Below are positions 1 through 11,362 of a DNA stretch of 28,655 bases, piece by piece. The notes under the pieces were generated by a model, which worked only from the letters and a program-made list of their open reading frames with translations, had not been told where the DNA came from and did no database searches. The translations under genes and the position numbers were made by a program. Source of the stretch: Deferrisomatales bacterium (GTDB lineage Bacteria; Desulfobacterota; Deferrisomatia; Deferrisomatales; JACRMM01). Numbering within the stretch: the first letter of the stretch is position 1; each line of letters opens with the position of its first letter. The stretch spans positions 1 through 28,655 of the forward strand of contig JAWSUI010000047.1 in NCBI GenBank assembly GCA_033551855.1, written 5' to 3'.

Positions 1-1897
1 CCCGGCGGGGCAGGTCCACGGGTGAGGCGACGTACTCGCCGGGAGAGGCCTCGCGCCACGCCAGGGGGACCTCCTCGCCGTCCTCGGAGGAGAGGGCGCC
101 GGTCACCGCCGCCCCCTCGGCCGGTCCGTAGGACCGGTCGAGCACCCGCGCGCGCAGCCGCACCTCGTGGCCGGCCCGCAGGGGGCCGGGAGGCACCGCG
201 AGCCGCACCAGCTCCATCTCGGGGTCATGGACGAGCCACCGCAGCGCCCGGGTCCAAAAATCCCGGTAGGCCGCGCCCGTCCCCGTCGCAGGGTCCCCGA
301 CCCCGGCGGCCGGCAGGGCCCAGTGCCAGAGGCTGTCGGTGGCCACCGCCAGGGTCCGGCCGGCACCGACCTCGGCCAGGGCGACCAGGGGCTGGGGCCC
401 GTACTCGGTGCGCGCCTGCGGGTTCTCCGCGAGCACCACCGCCCCGGGCCGGGCGCGCAGCATCCAGTTCATCCCCTCCAGGGGGGGCAGGCCGTTCCAG
501 AGCACCCGGTTCTCCTCCGGGTGGGGGAGCCACTGGAAGAGGGGGTGGCGCAGGCCGCTCTCGGTGAGGCGCGGCCGGAACCTCCCCGACTGGTAGGCGC
601 GACCCGGCGCCGCACCGGAGAAGTCCACGGGAAGGATCTCCGCCAAAGGGCTCCCCTCGTACCCACCCAGGCCGAAGGACCGGTCGCCCCCCAACATGGC
701 GAAGCCGCCCCCGTCCTCGCGCACGAACCGCGCCACGTTCTCGAGGAAGTGGGGCGGGACGTAGGGTGCGAAGTCGAAGTTGGCGAAGATCACCGCGTCG
801 AAGGAGGGGAGCTCCTCGCTGAAGAGCTCCCGGGTGGGAAACGGGATGAGGGAGAGCTCGTCCTGGGGTACCAGGGAGACGTCGTGGGGGGTGCGCAGGA
901 TGAGGAAGGCGATCAGATCGACGCCGGGGTCCTGCCGCAGGCGGCGCTGCAGGAACGAGACGTCCCAGGTGGGGGTGCCCGCCACCAGGAGGACCCGCGT
1001 CTTGTCGCGGACCACGTTGAGGCTGAACTGGGCTCGGTTGTTCTCCACGGTCGCCTCTCCCGGCAGAGGGGTCACCTCGACCCGGTAGGCCCGCCGTCCG
1101 GTGCGGGTGGGGGTGAAGACGAGGGTCACCTCTCCGCCCTCCTCCCCGAACCGCGCGGTCTCGGAGCGCAGGGGACGGCCCGCCTCCAGGAGCGTCACCG
1201 TGCTGGCCCCCTCCCCCATCCCCGCAGCGCCCAGGCGCACCCGCACCTCCACCGGCGACCGGATGAAGGCCACCGGGGGAAGGTCCACCGCCTCGATCCA
1301 GAGGTCCGGCACCGGCCCTGTCCCGGGGATCACGGGGTAGACGGGGAAGGGCAGGCCCTCGGCGGGCTCCCCCGGGCGCTCCGTGTCCCGCCCGTCCGAG
1401 AGCAGCACCACCCCGGCCGTGTCGGGCCGAACCCGGGCCAGGGCCTCCAGGGTGAGGCCCAGGGGGGTATGGGGGGCGGCGAAGCCCGTTTCCTCGGCGC
1501 CGGGGGCCAGGGCCGGCGGGGGGTCCCCCAGGCCGAAGCGCTCCACCCGGTAGAACGCCCCCAACTCCCGCTCCAGGCCGGCTCCGGCGAGCCAGCGGGC
1601 CAAGGCCGGCCCCGGTGCCTGGGGCCCCAGGGCCATGCTCCGCGAGGTGTCGACCACCACGGCGAGGGGAGGGAGCCGGGGCCGGGTGAGCTCCACCTCG
1701 CGCGCCGGCCGCAGCACGGCCGCCGCCGCCGCGGCGACGGCGGCGAGGCGCACCGCCAGGAGAAAGGCCCGCCGTCCCGGCGTCAGGCCCCTTCCGGAGC
1801 GGAATCCGGAGGCGAGGGCGAGGGCGGCTACCGCCAGGAGCGCCGCGACCCACCCGGGGTGGCCGTTGAGGAGCACCCACTCCGCAGGGGAGCTCAC
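1..1897 (-). CDS. Membrane-anchored vWA / glutamine amidotransferase-like domain protein of the MoxR-DUF58-DUF4159 cluster (3' end outside window)
   Basis: Not in the ORF track because there is no stop in the window; translated by hand from GTG at 1897 (GTGA overlap with the upstream stop). Begins MSSPAEWVLLNGHPGWVAALLAV with two hydrophobic segments, then MIDAS-like VVDTSRSM, VVLLSDG, ENNRAQF, RVLLVAGTPTWDVSFL, GGGFAMLGGDRSF and ATDSLWHW. Confidence 0.8.
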   Translation of the reverse strand, partial: MSSPAEWVLLNGHPGWVAALLAVAALALASGFRSGRGLTPGRRAFLLAVRLAAVAAAAAAVLRPAREVELTRPRLPPLAVVVDTSRSMALGPQAPGPALARWLAGAGLERELGAFYRVERFGLGDPPPALAPGAEETGFAAPHTPLGLTLEALARVRPDTAGVVLLSDGRDTERPGEPAEGLPFPVYPVIPGTGPVPDLWIEAVDLPPVAFIRSPVEVRVRLGAAGMGEGASTVTLLEAGRPLRSETARFGEEGGEVTLVFTPTRTGRRAYRVEVTPLPGEATVENNRAQFSLNVVRDKTRVLLVAGTPTWDVSFLQRRLRQDPGVDLIAFLILRTPHDVSLVPQDELSLIPFPTRELFSEELPSFDAVIFANFDFAPYVPPHFLENVARFVREDGGGFAMLGGDRSFGLGGYEGSPLAEILPVDFSGAAPGRAYQSGRFRPRLTESGLRHPLFQWLPHPEENRVLWNGLPPLEGMNWMLRARPGAVVLAENPQARTEYGPQPLVALAEVGAGRTLAVATDSLWHWALPAAGVGDPATGTGAAYRDFWTRALRWLVHDPEMELVRLAVPPGPLRAGHEVRLRARVLDRSYGPAEGAAVTGALSSEDGEEVPLAWREASPGEYVASPVDLPRR

Positions 1898-2664
1898 CGC
1901 TGCCTCCGCTTGAGGATGAAGGGGATGTGGACCTGGTCCTTCTTGTAGTTGCCGGTGAGGGCGTACAGCACCAGGTTCACCCCCAGCCGGAAGGTCATCT
2001 CCCGCTGGCGCTCGCCCCCCGGCGTGCAGGGGTGGGTGTAGCCCCCGAGGGGATCCCCGTCGAAGGCGCCCCCCAGGTCGTTGGGGCAGAGGATGGCGGG
2101 GCTGAGGTCCTCCAGGTCCATCCCGTACAGGAAGGGCCGCACGAGCTTCCGGCCCGGCACGTCCCGCAGGAGATAGAAGCTCTGGAACACCGTGTGGTCC
2201 CCGGGCAGGGGCGCGAGACCCCGGCCCGGGAAGACCCGGCCGAGCGTTTCCGCGGCCCCCCGGGCGAACCCGGAGTCGGCCACGCCCGTGGCGTCGTCGA
2301 AGAGCACGAACCCGCCGTGCTCCAGGTAGCGGCGCAGCCAGGCCTCCCCGTGGCCCCCCAGGGAGGGGAACCCGCCCCGCCCGGCCACGTAGAGGAAGGG
2401 CAGGGAGAAGAGGTCGGGGCTCCCCACGTCCACCAGCCGGCGCCGGGGACCGGTCTCCACGCTGGTGCGCCGGCGCAGGGCCTCCAGGAACCGATCGGCG
2501 GCCCGCGGGCTCGGGTCCCAGGAGCCGGGGTAACGGAGCTGAGCCCAGGTGAAGTGGGCCCCCCCGGAGGCCGCGGCGCCGGCCGGCGCCAGGGGCAGCG
2601 CCGCGCCTGCGGCCGCGCTCCCCAGGGCGGCCAGGAACTCCCGGCGAGACCAACGGGAGCTCAC
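1894..2664 (-). CDS. DUF4159 domain protein with twin-arginine (Tat) signal
   Basis: C-terminal part of ORF 1894..3504; GTG at 2664 overlaps the upstream stop. N-terminus SRWSRREFLAALGSAAAGAA; motifs PFLYVAG, YLEHGGFVLFDD, HTVFQSFY, GVNLVLYALTGNYKKDQVH. Confidence 0.85.
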   Translation of the reverse strand: MSSRWSRREFLAALGSAAAGAALPLAPAGAAASGGAHFTWAQLRYPGSWDPSPRAADRFLEALRRRTSVETGPRRRLVDVGSPDLFSLPFLYVAGRGGFPSLGGHGEAWLRRYLEHGGFVLFDDATGVADSGFARGAAETLGRVFPGRGLAPLPGDHTVFQSFYLLRDVPGRKLVRPFLYGMDLEDLSPAILCPNDLGGAFDGDPLGGYTHPCTPGGERQREMTFRLGVNLVLYALTGNYKKDQVHIPFILKRRQR

Positions 2665-4718
2665 GGTCCCACCTCCCCCCCCAGCAGGCCCGCCGGGCGC
2701 CGCCGCGGGAGGGTCCAGCGCCCGGACAGGAGCGCCTCCAGCAGGAGGGCGGCGAGGAGCGCCGCCGCGAGGGCCCCGGAGACGTCCCGCCGCCCCGAGG
2801 CAGAGGGCAGGCCCGCCGCGGCTCCCTCCCCGGGGCCGACGCGACGGGCGGGCCCCAGCCGGGCGGCCACCTCCGCGTCGGTCAGGCGGGTGAGGTCCGA
2901 TTCGGCGGGGTCGAGGCGGACGGCAAAGGCGTCTACCAGGGCCCCGGCCGAGGTGATGCGGTACACCCCGGGCTCCGGGGGGACGTACCGCTCCCCGGGC
3001 CTCCACTCGGTCCTCCCCCGGGGCCCCTCCAGGAGGGCCGGGGGGCCGTGGGGCAGCGTCACGCCGTGCCCCGCCGGCACCCACGGGGCCAAGGGGGGTC
3101 GCAGGCGCCCCGCTGCGTGGAGGAGCACTCGCTCCAACCACGGCAGGAAGGCCGGCTGCAGGCACAGGTCGGCCCCGTCCCGGTCCAGGGTGGTCCCCAG
3201 GAAGAGGGCCCTGCCGGCCCCCACCGGGCGCTCCACCAGCAGGGGCACCCCGTTCTCCAGGCGCATCCACACCTGGGTCTCGTCCCCCGCCCGAGCCTCG
3301 GGAAGCCAGTACCGCACCACCCGGACCCCGGAGAGATCCCCCGCGGCCGGGTCCCGGAAGGCGCCCGCGGGGCCCTCCAGGGCGGCCAGGTCCAGGGTTG
3401 CGAAGGGCCGGCGGGCGGGGTCGTCGCGGGGGACGGCCACCACGTCGCGGACCGGCGCCGCCAGGAGGGGGGCGAGCCCGGGGTCGGGGCCCCCGGCGTC
3501 CCACTGATCCCCCGCACTCACCAGGATCCCGGCCCCCTCCCGGAGCCGGCGGTGGAGGGCCTCGACGACCTCCGGCCCGAGGGGGCCCGGATTGGCCAGC
3601 ACCACGACGTCGACGTCCTCGACGTCGCCGGGGACCAGGTCCCCCAGGCGCACCTCGCGCACCCGGAACCCCTCCCCGACCCGCCCCCCCCGGGAGAAGG
3701 CCCGGCGCACGAAGAAGAGCTCGTCGGCGAGCTCGAAACCCCAGGGGTCTCCGTTGACGAGCAGCACCTGCGTCCGGGCCCGGGCACGCCCCACGAACGC
3801 CGCCACGTCGTCCAGGGCCAGGTCCCCGCCGTCCTCCAGGCGGACCTCCCCCTCATACACGCCGGGGGGGGCCTCGAACCGGAAGGTCGTCTCCGGCCCC
3901 TCGAGGAAGGCCGTGAGCCGCCGACCGTCGCCCAGCACCACGTGCACGGTCCGGCGCCCGGGGCTCATGGCCCCGGAGGAGCCCACCCGCACCCGCACCT
4001 CGCCGCCCTCCTCCTCCACCGCGGCCAGCCAGGCGTTGCGCGGGGAAGGCAGGCCCACGTCGATCAGGTGCACCGGCACGGCGGGCCCAGGGGCGGGCGC
4101 CCCCTCGGGCCACGCCGTGGCCTGGAGGTCGGTGGCCAGGGCCACCCTCCCCCCCGGGACCCCGTCGAGGAGGGCGAGGGCGGAGGCCAGCGCCCGGTCG
4201 ACCCGGTGGGGACCGTGGGCGACCCCCAACCCGTCCAGGCGGCGCCGCAGCTCCGCCGAGGCCGGTCCGAACCCCTCGCCGGGGTGGCCGCGCGGGTCGT
4301 CGACGGCCTCCCGGGTCGTGACGAGCAGGAACCGGTCCTCCGGGCCGGCGCCGGCCAGCAGGGCGGCCAGGGACCGCCGGGCGTCCTCCAGGGGCACCCG
4401 TCCGTCGCGGGTCGCCGCCATGCTCGGCGAGGTGTCGAGGATCAGGACCCAGGTGGCCGGCGCCGCAGGGCCCTCGGGCTGGCGACAGCCCGGCCCTGCG
4501 TAGAGGAGGGCCAGCAACCCGACGGCCGCCGCGCGGGAGAGGAGAAGGAGCAGGCGGCGGAGCTTCAGGTGGGCCGAGGCGCGGGCGCGGGCGCGCTCGA
4601 GAAAGCGCAGGGTGGCGATGGGGACGGTGCGCACCCGCCGCCGCCCCAGGAGGTGGAGGAGGATCGGCACCCCGATGCCCAGGAGGCCCCACAGCAGGGC
4701 CGGCCGGAGGAAGTCCAC
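2661..4718 (-). CDS. BatA N-terminal domain + vWA domain membrane protein
   Basis: BatA-type start MDFLRPALLWGLLGIGVPILLHLLGRRR; MIDAS ILDTSPSM, ATDLQ; C-terminal ESDL motif and TM helix. Confidence 0.85.
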   Translation of the reverse strand: MDFLRPALLWGLLGIGVPILLHLLGRRRVRTVPIATLRFLERARARASAHLKLRRLLLLLSRAAAVGLLALLYAGPGCRQPEGPAAPATWVLILDTSPSMAATRDGRVPLEDARRSLAALLAGAGPEDRFLLVTTREAVDDPRGHPGEGFGPASAELRRRLDGLGVAHGPHRVDRALASALALLDGVPGGRVALATDLQATAWPEGAPAPGPAVPVHLIDVGLPSPRNAWLAAVEEEGGEVRVRVGSSGAMSPGRRTVHVVLGDGRRLTAFLEGPETTFRFEAPPGVYEGEVRLEDGGDLALDDVAAFVGRARARTQVLLVNGDPWGFELADELFFVRRAFSRGGRVGEGFRVREVRLGDLVPGDVEDVDVVVLANPGPLGPEVVEALHRRLREGAGILVSAGDQWDAGGPDPGLAPLLAAPVRDVVAVPRDDPARRPFATLDLAALEGPAGAFRDPAAGDLSGVRVVRYWLPEARAGDETQVWMRLENGVPLLVERPVGAGRALFLGTTLDRDGADLCLQPAFLPWLERVLLHAAGRLRPPLAPWVPAGHGVTLPHGPPALLEGPRGRTEWRPGERYVPPEPGVYRITSAGALVDAFAVRLDPAESDLTRLTDAEVAARLGPARRVGPGEGAAAGLPSASGRRDVSGALAAALLAALLLEALLSGRWTLPRRRPAGLLGGEVGP

Positions 4719-4724
4719 CGGTGC

Positions 4725-5644
4725 TCAGCGCCTCCCTGCGCGGCGGAGCAGCCGGACCAGGGCCGGCGCCGGGTCGTCGACTCCGGTGAGGAAGGCGTGG
4801 GGCACTCCCAGCCCATCGGCCTGGGCCGCCACACGCCCGACGAACGCCGCGATCTCCTCCCGGTAGGCCCGGCGCAGGGGAAGGGGGTCCAGGACGCGGC
4901 TGGCCGGGCCCTCCAGGTCCAGGAAGCGGCTCGTGTTCTCGAAGGGCAGGCCGACCTCGTCGGCGTGGAGCAGGTGCACCACCCGGGGGGCCAATCCCCG
5001 GGCCCTGAGGAGGCGCACGCCCTCCAGCCTCTCGTCGCCCTCGTCGAGGAAGTCCGAGAAGACGAAGACTGCCGCATCGCGCCGCAGGCGCTCGCCCGCT
5101 CCCCGACAGGCCTCCCCCAGCCGGGCGGCCCCGTCGGGGCGCGCACCGCCGAGCACCTCCAGGACCGCCCCGAGCTGGGCGGGGCCGCTCCGGGGGGGGA
5201 GCCACTCCCCTCCCCGTTCCCGCGCCAGGGCGACCCCCACCGCATCCCCCTGCCGGAGGAGGCAGGCGGCCAGGGTCGCCGCCAGGCGGGCCGCCAGGTG
5301 GTACTTGGAGGACCGGAGCCCCCCCTCCCCGGCCCCATAGGCCATGGAGGCGCTGGCGTCCACCAGCAGCAGCACGCGCTGCAGGCGCTCGTCCTCGTAC
5401 CGCTTCACCAGGTACCGGTCGGAGCGGGCCAGGACCTTCCAGTCCAGATGGCGGGGGTCGTCGCCCCGGGCGTACAGGGTGTGCTCGGAGAACTCCAGGC
5501 TCGCGCCGCGGCGAGGGCTGCGGTGGATACCCCGGTGCGGGTGGGGGGACGGGGGCCCCGGGACCTCCCTCCGCCCCAGGCTCGCGGCCAGGACCGGGTC
5601 CAGGAGGTCGGAGGGCCCCAGCCCCGCCTGCGCCGGCACGGGGT

Positions 5645-5648
<4 letters not shown>
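4725..5648 (-). CDS. DUF58 family (vWA-like) protein, MoxR partner
   Basis: [51 protein letters not shown]. Confidence 0.9.
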
Positions 5649-6679
<1,031 letters not shown>

Positions 6680-6702
6680 CGGTTGAAAGCTCGGGGGCCC
6701 AC

Positions 6703-6748
6703 CGGTCTCATGGGACCTATAGGACCTATAGGACCGATGGGTCCCATG
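6703..6748. repeat. Short 9-bp tandem repeat (ATAGGACCT-type) inside a CATGGGACC/GGTCCCATG inverted repeat
   Basis: atgggacct ataggacct ataggaccg atgggtccc atg; arms at 6709-6717 and 6740-6748 are reverse complements. Confidence 0.8.
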
Positions 6749-6779
6749 CCTTCCAAGCGGGCGGGCAACCGTCGTTCCA

Positions 6780-8408
6780 TCACCGCTCCAAGACCCCCAG
6801 CGCCCACTCCTCCCGGGCGGCCAGGGGGGCGTCGCCCGAGGCGCGGGCGGCGTGGAGGAGAGCCTTTCTCGCGGGGACGTGGAACGGGTTGATCTCGAGC
6901 AGCTCCTCCAGCGCAGCGGCCGCCTCCCGGTGCCGCCCCAGGGAGAGCAGGGCCTCGCCCTTCCGGTACCAGAGGACCGGCAGGTCCGGGTAGTGCCGCA
7001 GGCCGTCGACCGCCACCTGCGCCGCCTCCCCGAAGCGGCCGGCCGAGAGCAGGCCCAGGGCGTAGCGCGAGGCGACGCCGGGGGCGGCGGGCGCCAGGGC
7101 GTAGGCCTTGCCGTACTCGACCGCCGCGGCCCCCAGGCGGCCCCGGGCCCGGAGCAGATCGCCGAGGCGCGCGTAGTCCCGGGCCCGGGGGTCGCCGAAG
7201 GCCGCGGGCTCCTCGTCCGGCGCCCGGCCGTGGTCCGCCAGCTCCAGCGAGAGCACCTGGACCGCCTCCCGCTCCAGGGGCAGCCCCGCCGCCCACCCGA
7301 GCCAAGCGTCCTCGAAGGAGGGGAAGGTGTCGCCCCACACCTCCTCCAGGGCCTCCCGATCGCCGGTGCCGAGGCCGAGCTCCCCCGCCAGACGCCGAAG
7401 CGCCCCGGGCCCCCGCCGCTCCTCCAGGAAGGACATCATGGTCCCCACCTGGGCGAAGGCCAGGGCGGTGTCCTCCGCCGAGGGGAGCTTCGCCACCGAC
7501 GGGCTCATGGCCTCCAGGGCGATCAGGGTCCCCGCCTCCAGGCGCCGGGCCAGCAGGGCCTGGCTCGAGGGCCCCAGCTCCCCGACCACCCCGCGCCAGC
7601 TCGCCTCCAGATACTTGGCGACCCCCTCGTGGACCCAGATGGGCGCGGTCCCGTGGGTCAGGCGGTACAGGGCCAGGTGGACGTACTCGTGGCACAGGGT
7701 GTCGCGCCACCGGTACCCCCAGACCGTCGCCCGGGGCGTCGTGATCATGAGCCGGTCGAACTTGCACAGCCCGATGGTGCCCGAAGTCTCCACCTCCTGG
7801 CGGGTCAGGGTCGAGACGGCGGTGAAGGAGGCGGCGTTGGGGTAGATCTCGAGCCGCACCCGTCCCTCGGGCAGGAACCCCAGCTCCCGGGAGAGGGCTC
7901 CCCGAGCGGCCTCCAGCGCCTCCAGGGCGGGCCCCACCAGCACTTCGTCCCGGGGGTCCCCCCAGGAGACCTCGAAGTGCGCGCTCTGCCGGGAGCGGAA
8001 CCCCCGGGTGGCGTCCGCGGTGGCGGCCACGAGGTCGCGAAACGGCCCGGCGGAGCCCAGCTCGTCCAGGCGGGCCAGGGCCTCGGGGTAGCGCCCCTCG
8101 AAGAAGAGCACCTGTGCCTCCAGGGCCTGGGCGGAGCGGTCCCCGGGCTCCTCGGCCAGAAGCCCGTCCACGACCCGGCGGGCCTCGGGCACCCGCCAGG
8201 CGGCCAGGAGGTGGTTGCCCAGGTACAGACCGAGGTCCGCCGCCGAGAGCCCGTACACCTCTCGGGCAGGAGGCTCCTGGGACCGGGCCGGGCCGACCAG
8301 CGCCAGCAACGCCAGGAGGGCGCCCAGGCACCGGGCGAGGGCCCCGCGGGACCTGCGGGACCGAACAGCTCCAAAGGGCGGCGGGTAGGCCGGCTGTGCT
8401 CGGCTCAC
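6780..8408 (-). CDS. Exported TPR-containing zinc metallopeptidase (peptidase MA-like)
   Basis: Hydrophobic N-terminal signal-like segment, HEYVH zinc motif followed by WVHEGVAKY, and TPR-like helical repeats at both ends. Confidence 0.8.
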   Translation of the reverse strand: MSRAQPAYPPPFGAVRSRRSRGALARCLGALLALLALVGPARSQEPPAREVYGLSAADLGLYLGNHLLAAWRVPEARRVVDGLLAEEPGDRSAQALEAQVLFFEGRYPEALARLDELGSAGPFRDLVAATADATRGFRSRQSAHFEVSWGDPRDEVLVGPALEALEAARGALSRELGFLPEGRVRLEIYPNAASFTAVSTLTRQEVETSGTIGLCKFDRLMITTPRATVWGYRWRDTLCHEYVHLALYRLTHGTAPIWVHEGVAKYLEASWRGVVGELGPSSQALLARRLEAGTLIALEAMSPSVAKLPSAEDTALAFAQVGTMMSFLEERRGPGALRRLAGELGLGTGDREALEEVWGDTFPSFEDAWLGWAAGLPLEREAVQVLSLELADHGRAPDEEPAAFGDPRARDYARLGDLLRARGRLGAAAVEYGKAYALAPAAPGVASRYALGLLSAGRFGEAAQVAVDGLRHYPDLPVLWYRKGEALLSLGRHREAAAALEELLEINPFHVPARKALLHAARASGDAPLAAREEWALGVLER

Positions 8409-11362
8409 CGGATCAGCCTTTCGTAGTAGCGCTCCACTTCTTCCTCGTAGTCCCTGGGGTAGCGGCCCTGCATGGCCCGCAGCACCTCTTCGCGAAAGGC
8501 GCGCAGCTCCCTCGCCTCCGCCTCCCGGGGGATCTCCACGGGGCTGCGGTCCACCTCGGTCCCCATGCCGGGCCGGCGTCCCGGCCGGCGCAGCACCTGG
8601 AGCCCGCCGCCGGGCCCTCCTTGCCCCATCTGGTCCAGGGCGGCCTCGAGGTCGCCCGCGAGCTCCGTCAACTCCTCCAGGGCCCGGGTCTCCGGGGGCA
8701 CGGCGCCGAAGGGGTCCGCCTCCCCCAGCCGCCCCTGCGCCTCCCCCATCGCCTGCCGGGCCCCCCGCGCCCGCCCCGGCAGGGCGGGGTCCAGCAGGGG
8801 CACACGACGGGCGAGCCCCTCCAGACGCTCGGCCAGGGCCTCGGTCCGGCGGGCCAGGCGCCCCTGCCGCTCCTCGAGGCGGCCCAGCGCCTCCGCATCC
8901 CCGGGGCCGACTCCCTCCCGGCGCCTGCCGGCCAGGGCTTCCAGCTCCCGGATCAGCTCATCGACCTCGGCCAGGGCCGCCCCGGCCCCTTCCTCGACCC
9001 GGCGCACCTCGGGTTCCGGCGCCCCCCGGGACGCCAGCCCGGCGGCGGCGTTGCGCCCCAGCTCTTCCACGCGACCCCGAAGGCTCTGGGCACGCTCCCG
9101 CGCCCGCACGAGGTCCTCCCCCAGGGCGTCCCGCACCTCGGCCACCGCGGCCTCCAGCCGCTCCCGGGAAGCCAGCAGGGGGAAGACGGCCTCGAGGCCC
9201 CCCGGCAGGCCGGCCCGGAAGGCGGCGGCCTCCAGCCGCCGCGTCTCCCCCTCCACGGCCCGCAGCCTGCCCTCGCTGCGGTCCAGGAGGCCCTCGACGG
9301 CGTCCCGAAGGAGCTCCGATGCCCGCCGGGAGGCCTCCCGGCCCACGTCCTGCGTCTCCCCCAGGACGGCCTCCTGGCCGGAGGCGAGCTCCCGGACCTC
9401 GGCCCCGATCTCCGAGAGCTCCTGGTGCAGGGGGTCGAGCTCCGCCCTCGCCGCCCCCCCGGCGGCATCTTCCAGGGCGGCCAGCCAGCGCCCCAAGGTG
9501 TCGAGGAGCTTCTCGGCCAGGGCCTGCGCCCCGTCCCGGTCGCCCCGCTCCAGGGCCTCCCGGAGCTCCGCCAGGGTCCGTTCCAGGTCGCTCGCGGGCA
9601 GGTCCCGCACGGCGTCGGCGTTGGCGAAGTCCTCGGGCAACTCGGCGGCGCCCCGCCCGAGCGCTCGGGCCAGCTCCGCCAGTAACTCCTCGAGCCGGGC
9701 CACCCGCTCCGCCAGGTCCCCGGGGTCGGCGCCGCGCAGGAGCTCGTCGAAGAGGTTGCGCTGGAGCGCCGCGAGCTCGTCCCCCAAGCTCAAGGCCTCC
9801 TCCATGCGCAGGCTGCGGAGCAGGCGGTCGAGAAGGAGGGCGTCGCGCTCGAGCTCGGCCACCAAGCCCTCCCGGTCGGCACCGCCCGCCAGGAAGGGCT
9901 CCAGGGCCGACCGGAGCCCCGCCTCCATCCGCAGCACCGCCACCGCCCCCAGGGCGCCCTCCCCGGCCGCCCGCCCGACCCGCTCCGACAGCTGGTCGAG
10001 CAGCCGCAGCAGGTCCCGCCCCCCGGCCCGCAGCCGCTCCAGCTCCCCGGCCCCGGCCTCGGGGGCCTCCAGGTGGTCCGCGAGGTGCCCGAGCAGCGCC
10101 TCCAGCAGGCGCTCCTCCAGGCCGGCGATCTCGGCCGCCAGTCGGCGCTTGTCCAGGAACGCCACGTACACCGACCGGGTGCTGCCCGCCTTGGGGCCCG
10201 AGACGGTGTCCCCGTCCCAGACCTCCACCCGCAGGTGGGCCCCCTCCCCCAGCCCGGGATGGGCCAGGGGCAGGAAGTGCCCCCGGCCCTGGGCCCGCCG
10301 CCCCGGGGTGACGGCCAGGGGGATGCGCACCTCCTCCTCCCCCTGCAGGACGAGCTCGGCGCGCTCCACGCCGAAGTCGTCCTGCGCGGAGAACGCCACC
10401 TCCACCTCCTGGTCGGCGGTCACCTCGAGATCGCCCTCCGGCCGGTGGAGCTCCGCCGCGGGACGTGCGTCCTCGGCGACCCGGACGCTCCGGGGGACGA
10501 AGTCCGAGGGGACCGCGCGCCCCCCCCTCTCGAACGCCAGGGAGTACTGCCCCGGCTTCTCCAGGATCCACGAGACCCGAAACCCGCGGCCCTCCACCGC
10601 CAGGGGCACCGCTGCCCCCCCCGGCCCCTCCCACCGGCCCCCGTCCACCGGCCGGGACACCTCCCCTTCCAGGGTCACCCAGGTGCCGCGGTACCCCTCC
10701 ACGGACCCCTCCGCTCCCTCGACCCGGCGCTCGGGCAGGCCGGTGTACGCCGGAGGCCCGTAGACCAGACGGAGGTTCCCCACGGCCACCGGGACCGGCG
10801 GCCCGCCGGAGAGCAGGCCGGCCCACACACCCCTTCCCATGGGGTCGGCCGCGGCCCACGCGGCGGCCAGCGCCGCCAGGGCGCCGACCAGGAGCCCCTT
10901 GCGGAGCGCAGGCCGGCCCGGCACCGCCGCGGCCGGGTGGCGGCCCCGGGTTGCCGCCGCGGCGGCCTCCACCTGGGCCCCGGCCAGGGCGGGGCTTGCC
11001 CCCCGGGCCTCCGCCCCCCCTTCCCCCCAGGCCGCCAGGTCCGCCCCGGTCAGGAGGAGCTCCCGCACCGCCGGGTCGGGCCCGCCCAGGAGCTCCGCGG
11101 CCCGGGCCGGGGAGAGGCGGGGCCGGGCCCGGCGGAGCTCGCGCAAGCCGCTCAAGACGGCGGCCAGCACGGCGCACCCCAGGGCGGCCCCTGCCCAGGG
11201 GATCCTCCACCCCTCGGGGAGAGCCCGCAGGGCCAGGCTCGCCGCCAGGACGACCGCGAGCCCGGCCGCCAGGGCCGCGCTCACGACCCGCGACGCCCCC
11301 AGTAGGAGGGACCGCCGCCGCACCGAGGTCACCGTCCGGAGAAGGGCCCCGCCCGGGGTCAC
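8405..11362 (-). CDS. DUF4175-like large membrane / coiled-coil protein
   Basis: GTG at 11362 overlaps the truA stop. N-terminal TM helices, PPAYTGLP, AQDDFGV, WDGDTVSGPKAG, long Glu/Leu/Ala-rich helical C-terminus ending [18 protein letters not shown]. Confidence 0.75.
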   Translation of the reverse strand: MTPGGALLRTVTSVRRRSLLLGASRVVSAALAAGLAVVLAASLALRALPEGWRIPWAGAALGCAVLAAVLSGLRELRRARPRLSPARAAELLGGPDPAVRELLLTGADLAAWGEGGAEARGASPALAGAQVEAAAAATRGRHPAAAVPGRPALRKGLLVGALAALAAAWAAADPMGRGVWAGLLSGGPPVPVAVGNLRLVYGPPAYTGLPERRVEGAEGSVEGYRGTWVTLEGEVSRPVDGGRWEGPGGAAVPLAVEGRGFRVSWILEKPGQYSLAFERGGRAVPSDFVPRSVRVAEDARPAAELHRPEGDLEVTADQEVEVAFSAQDDFGVERAELVLQGEEEVRIPLAVTPGRRAQGRGHFLPLAHPGLGEGAHLRVEVWDGDTVSGPKAGSTRSVYVAFLDKRRLAAEIAGLEERLLEALLGHLADHLEAPEAGAGELERLRAGGRDLLRLLDQLSERVGRAAGEGALGAVAVLRMEAGLRSALEPFLAGGADREGLVAELERDALLLDRLLRSLRMEEALSLGDELAALQRNLFDELLRGADPGDLAERVARLEELLAELARALGRGAAELPEDFANADAVRDLPASDLERTLAELREALERGDRDGAQALAEKLLDTLGRWLAALEDAAGGAARAELDPLHQELSEIGAEVRELASGQEAVLGETQDVGREASRRASELLRDAVEGLLDRSEGRLRAVEGETRRLEAAAFRAGLPGGLEAVFPLLASRERLEAAVAEVRDALGEDLVRARERAQSLRGRVEELGRNAAAGLASRGAPEPEVRRVEEGAGAALAEVDELIRELEALAGRRREGVGPGDAEALGRLEERQGRLARRTEALAERLEGLARRVPLLDPALPGRARGARQAMGEAQGRLGEADPFGAVPPETRALEELTELAGDLEAALDQMGQGGPGGGLQVLRRPGRRPGMGTEVDRSPVEIPREAEARELRAFREEVLRAMQGRYPRDYEEEVERYYERLIR

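Noticed and set aside
60..130. Possible frameshift near the left end of the first CDS
   Set aside because: Re-reading gives a continuous frame (AEGAAVTGALSSEDGEEVPLAWREASPGEY).
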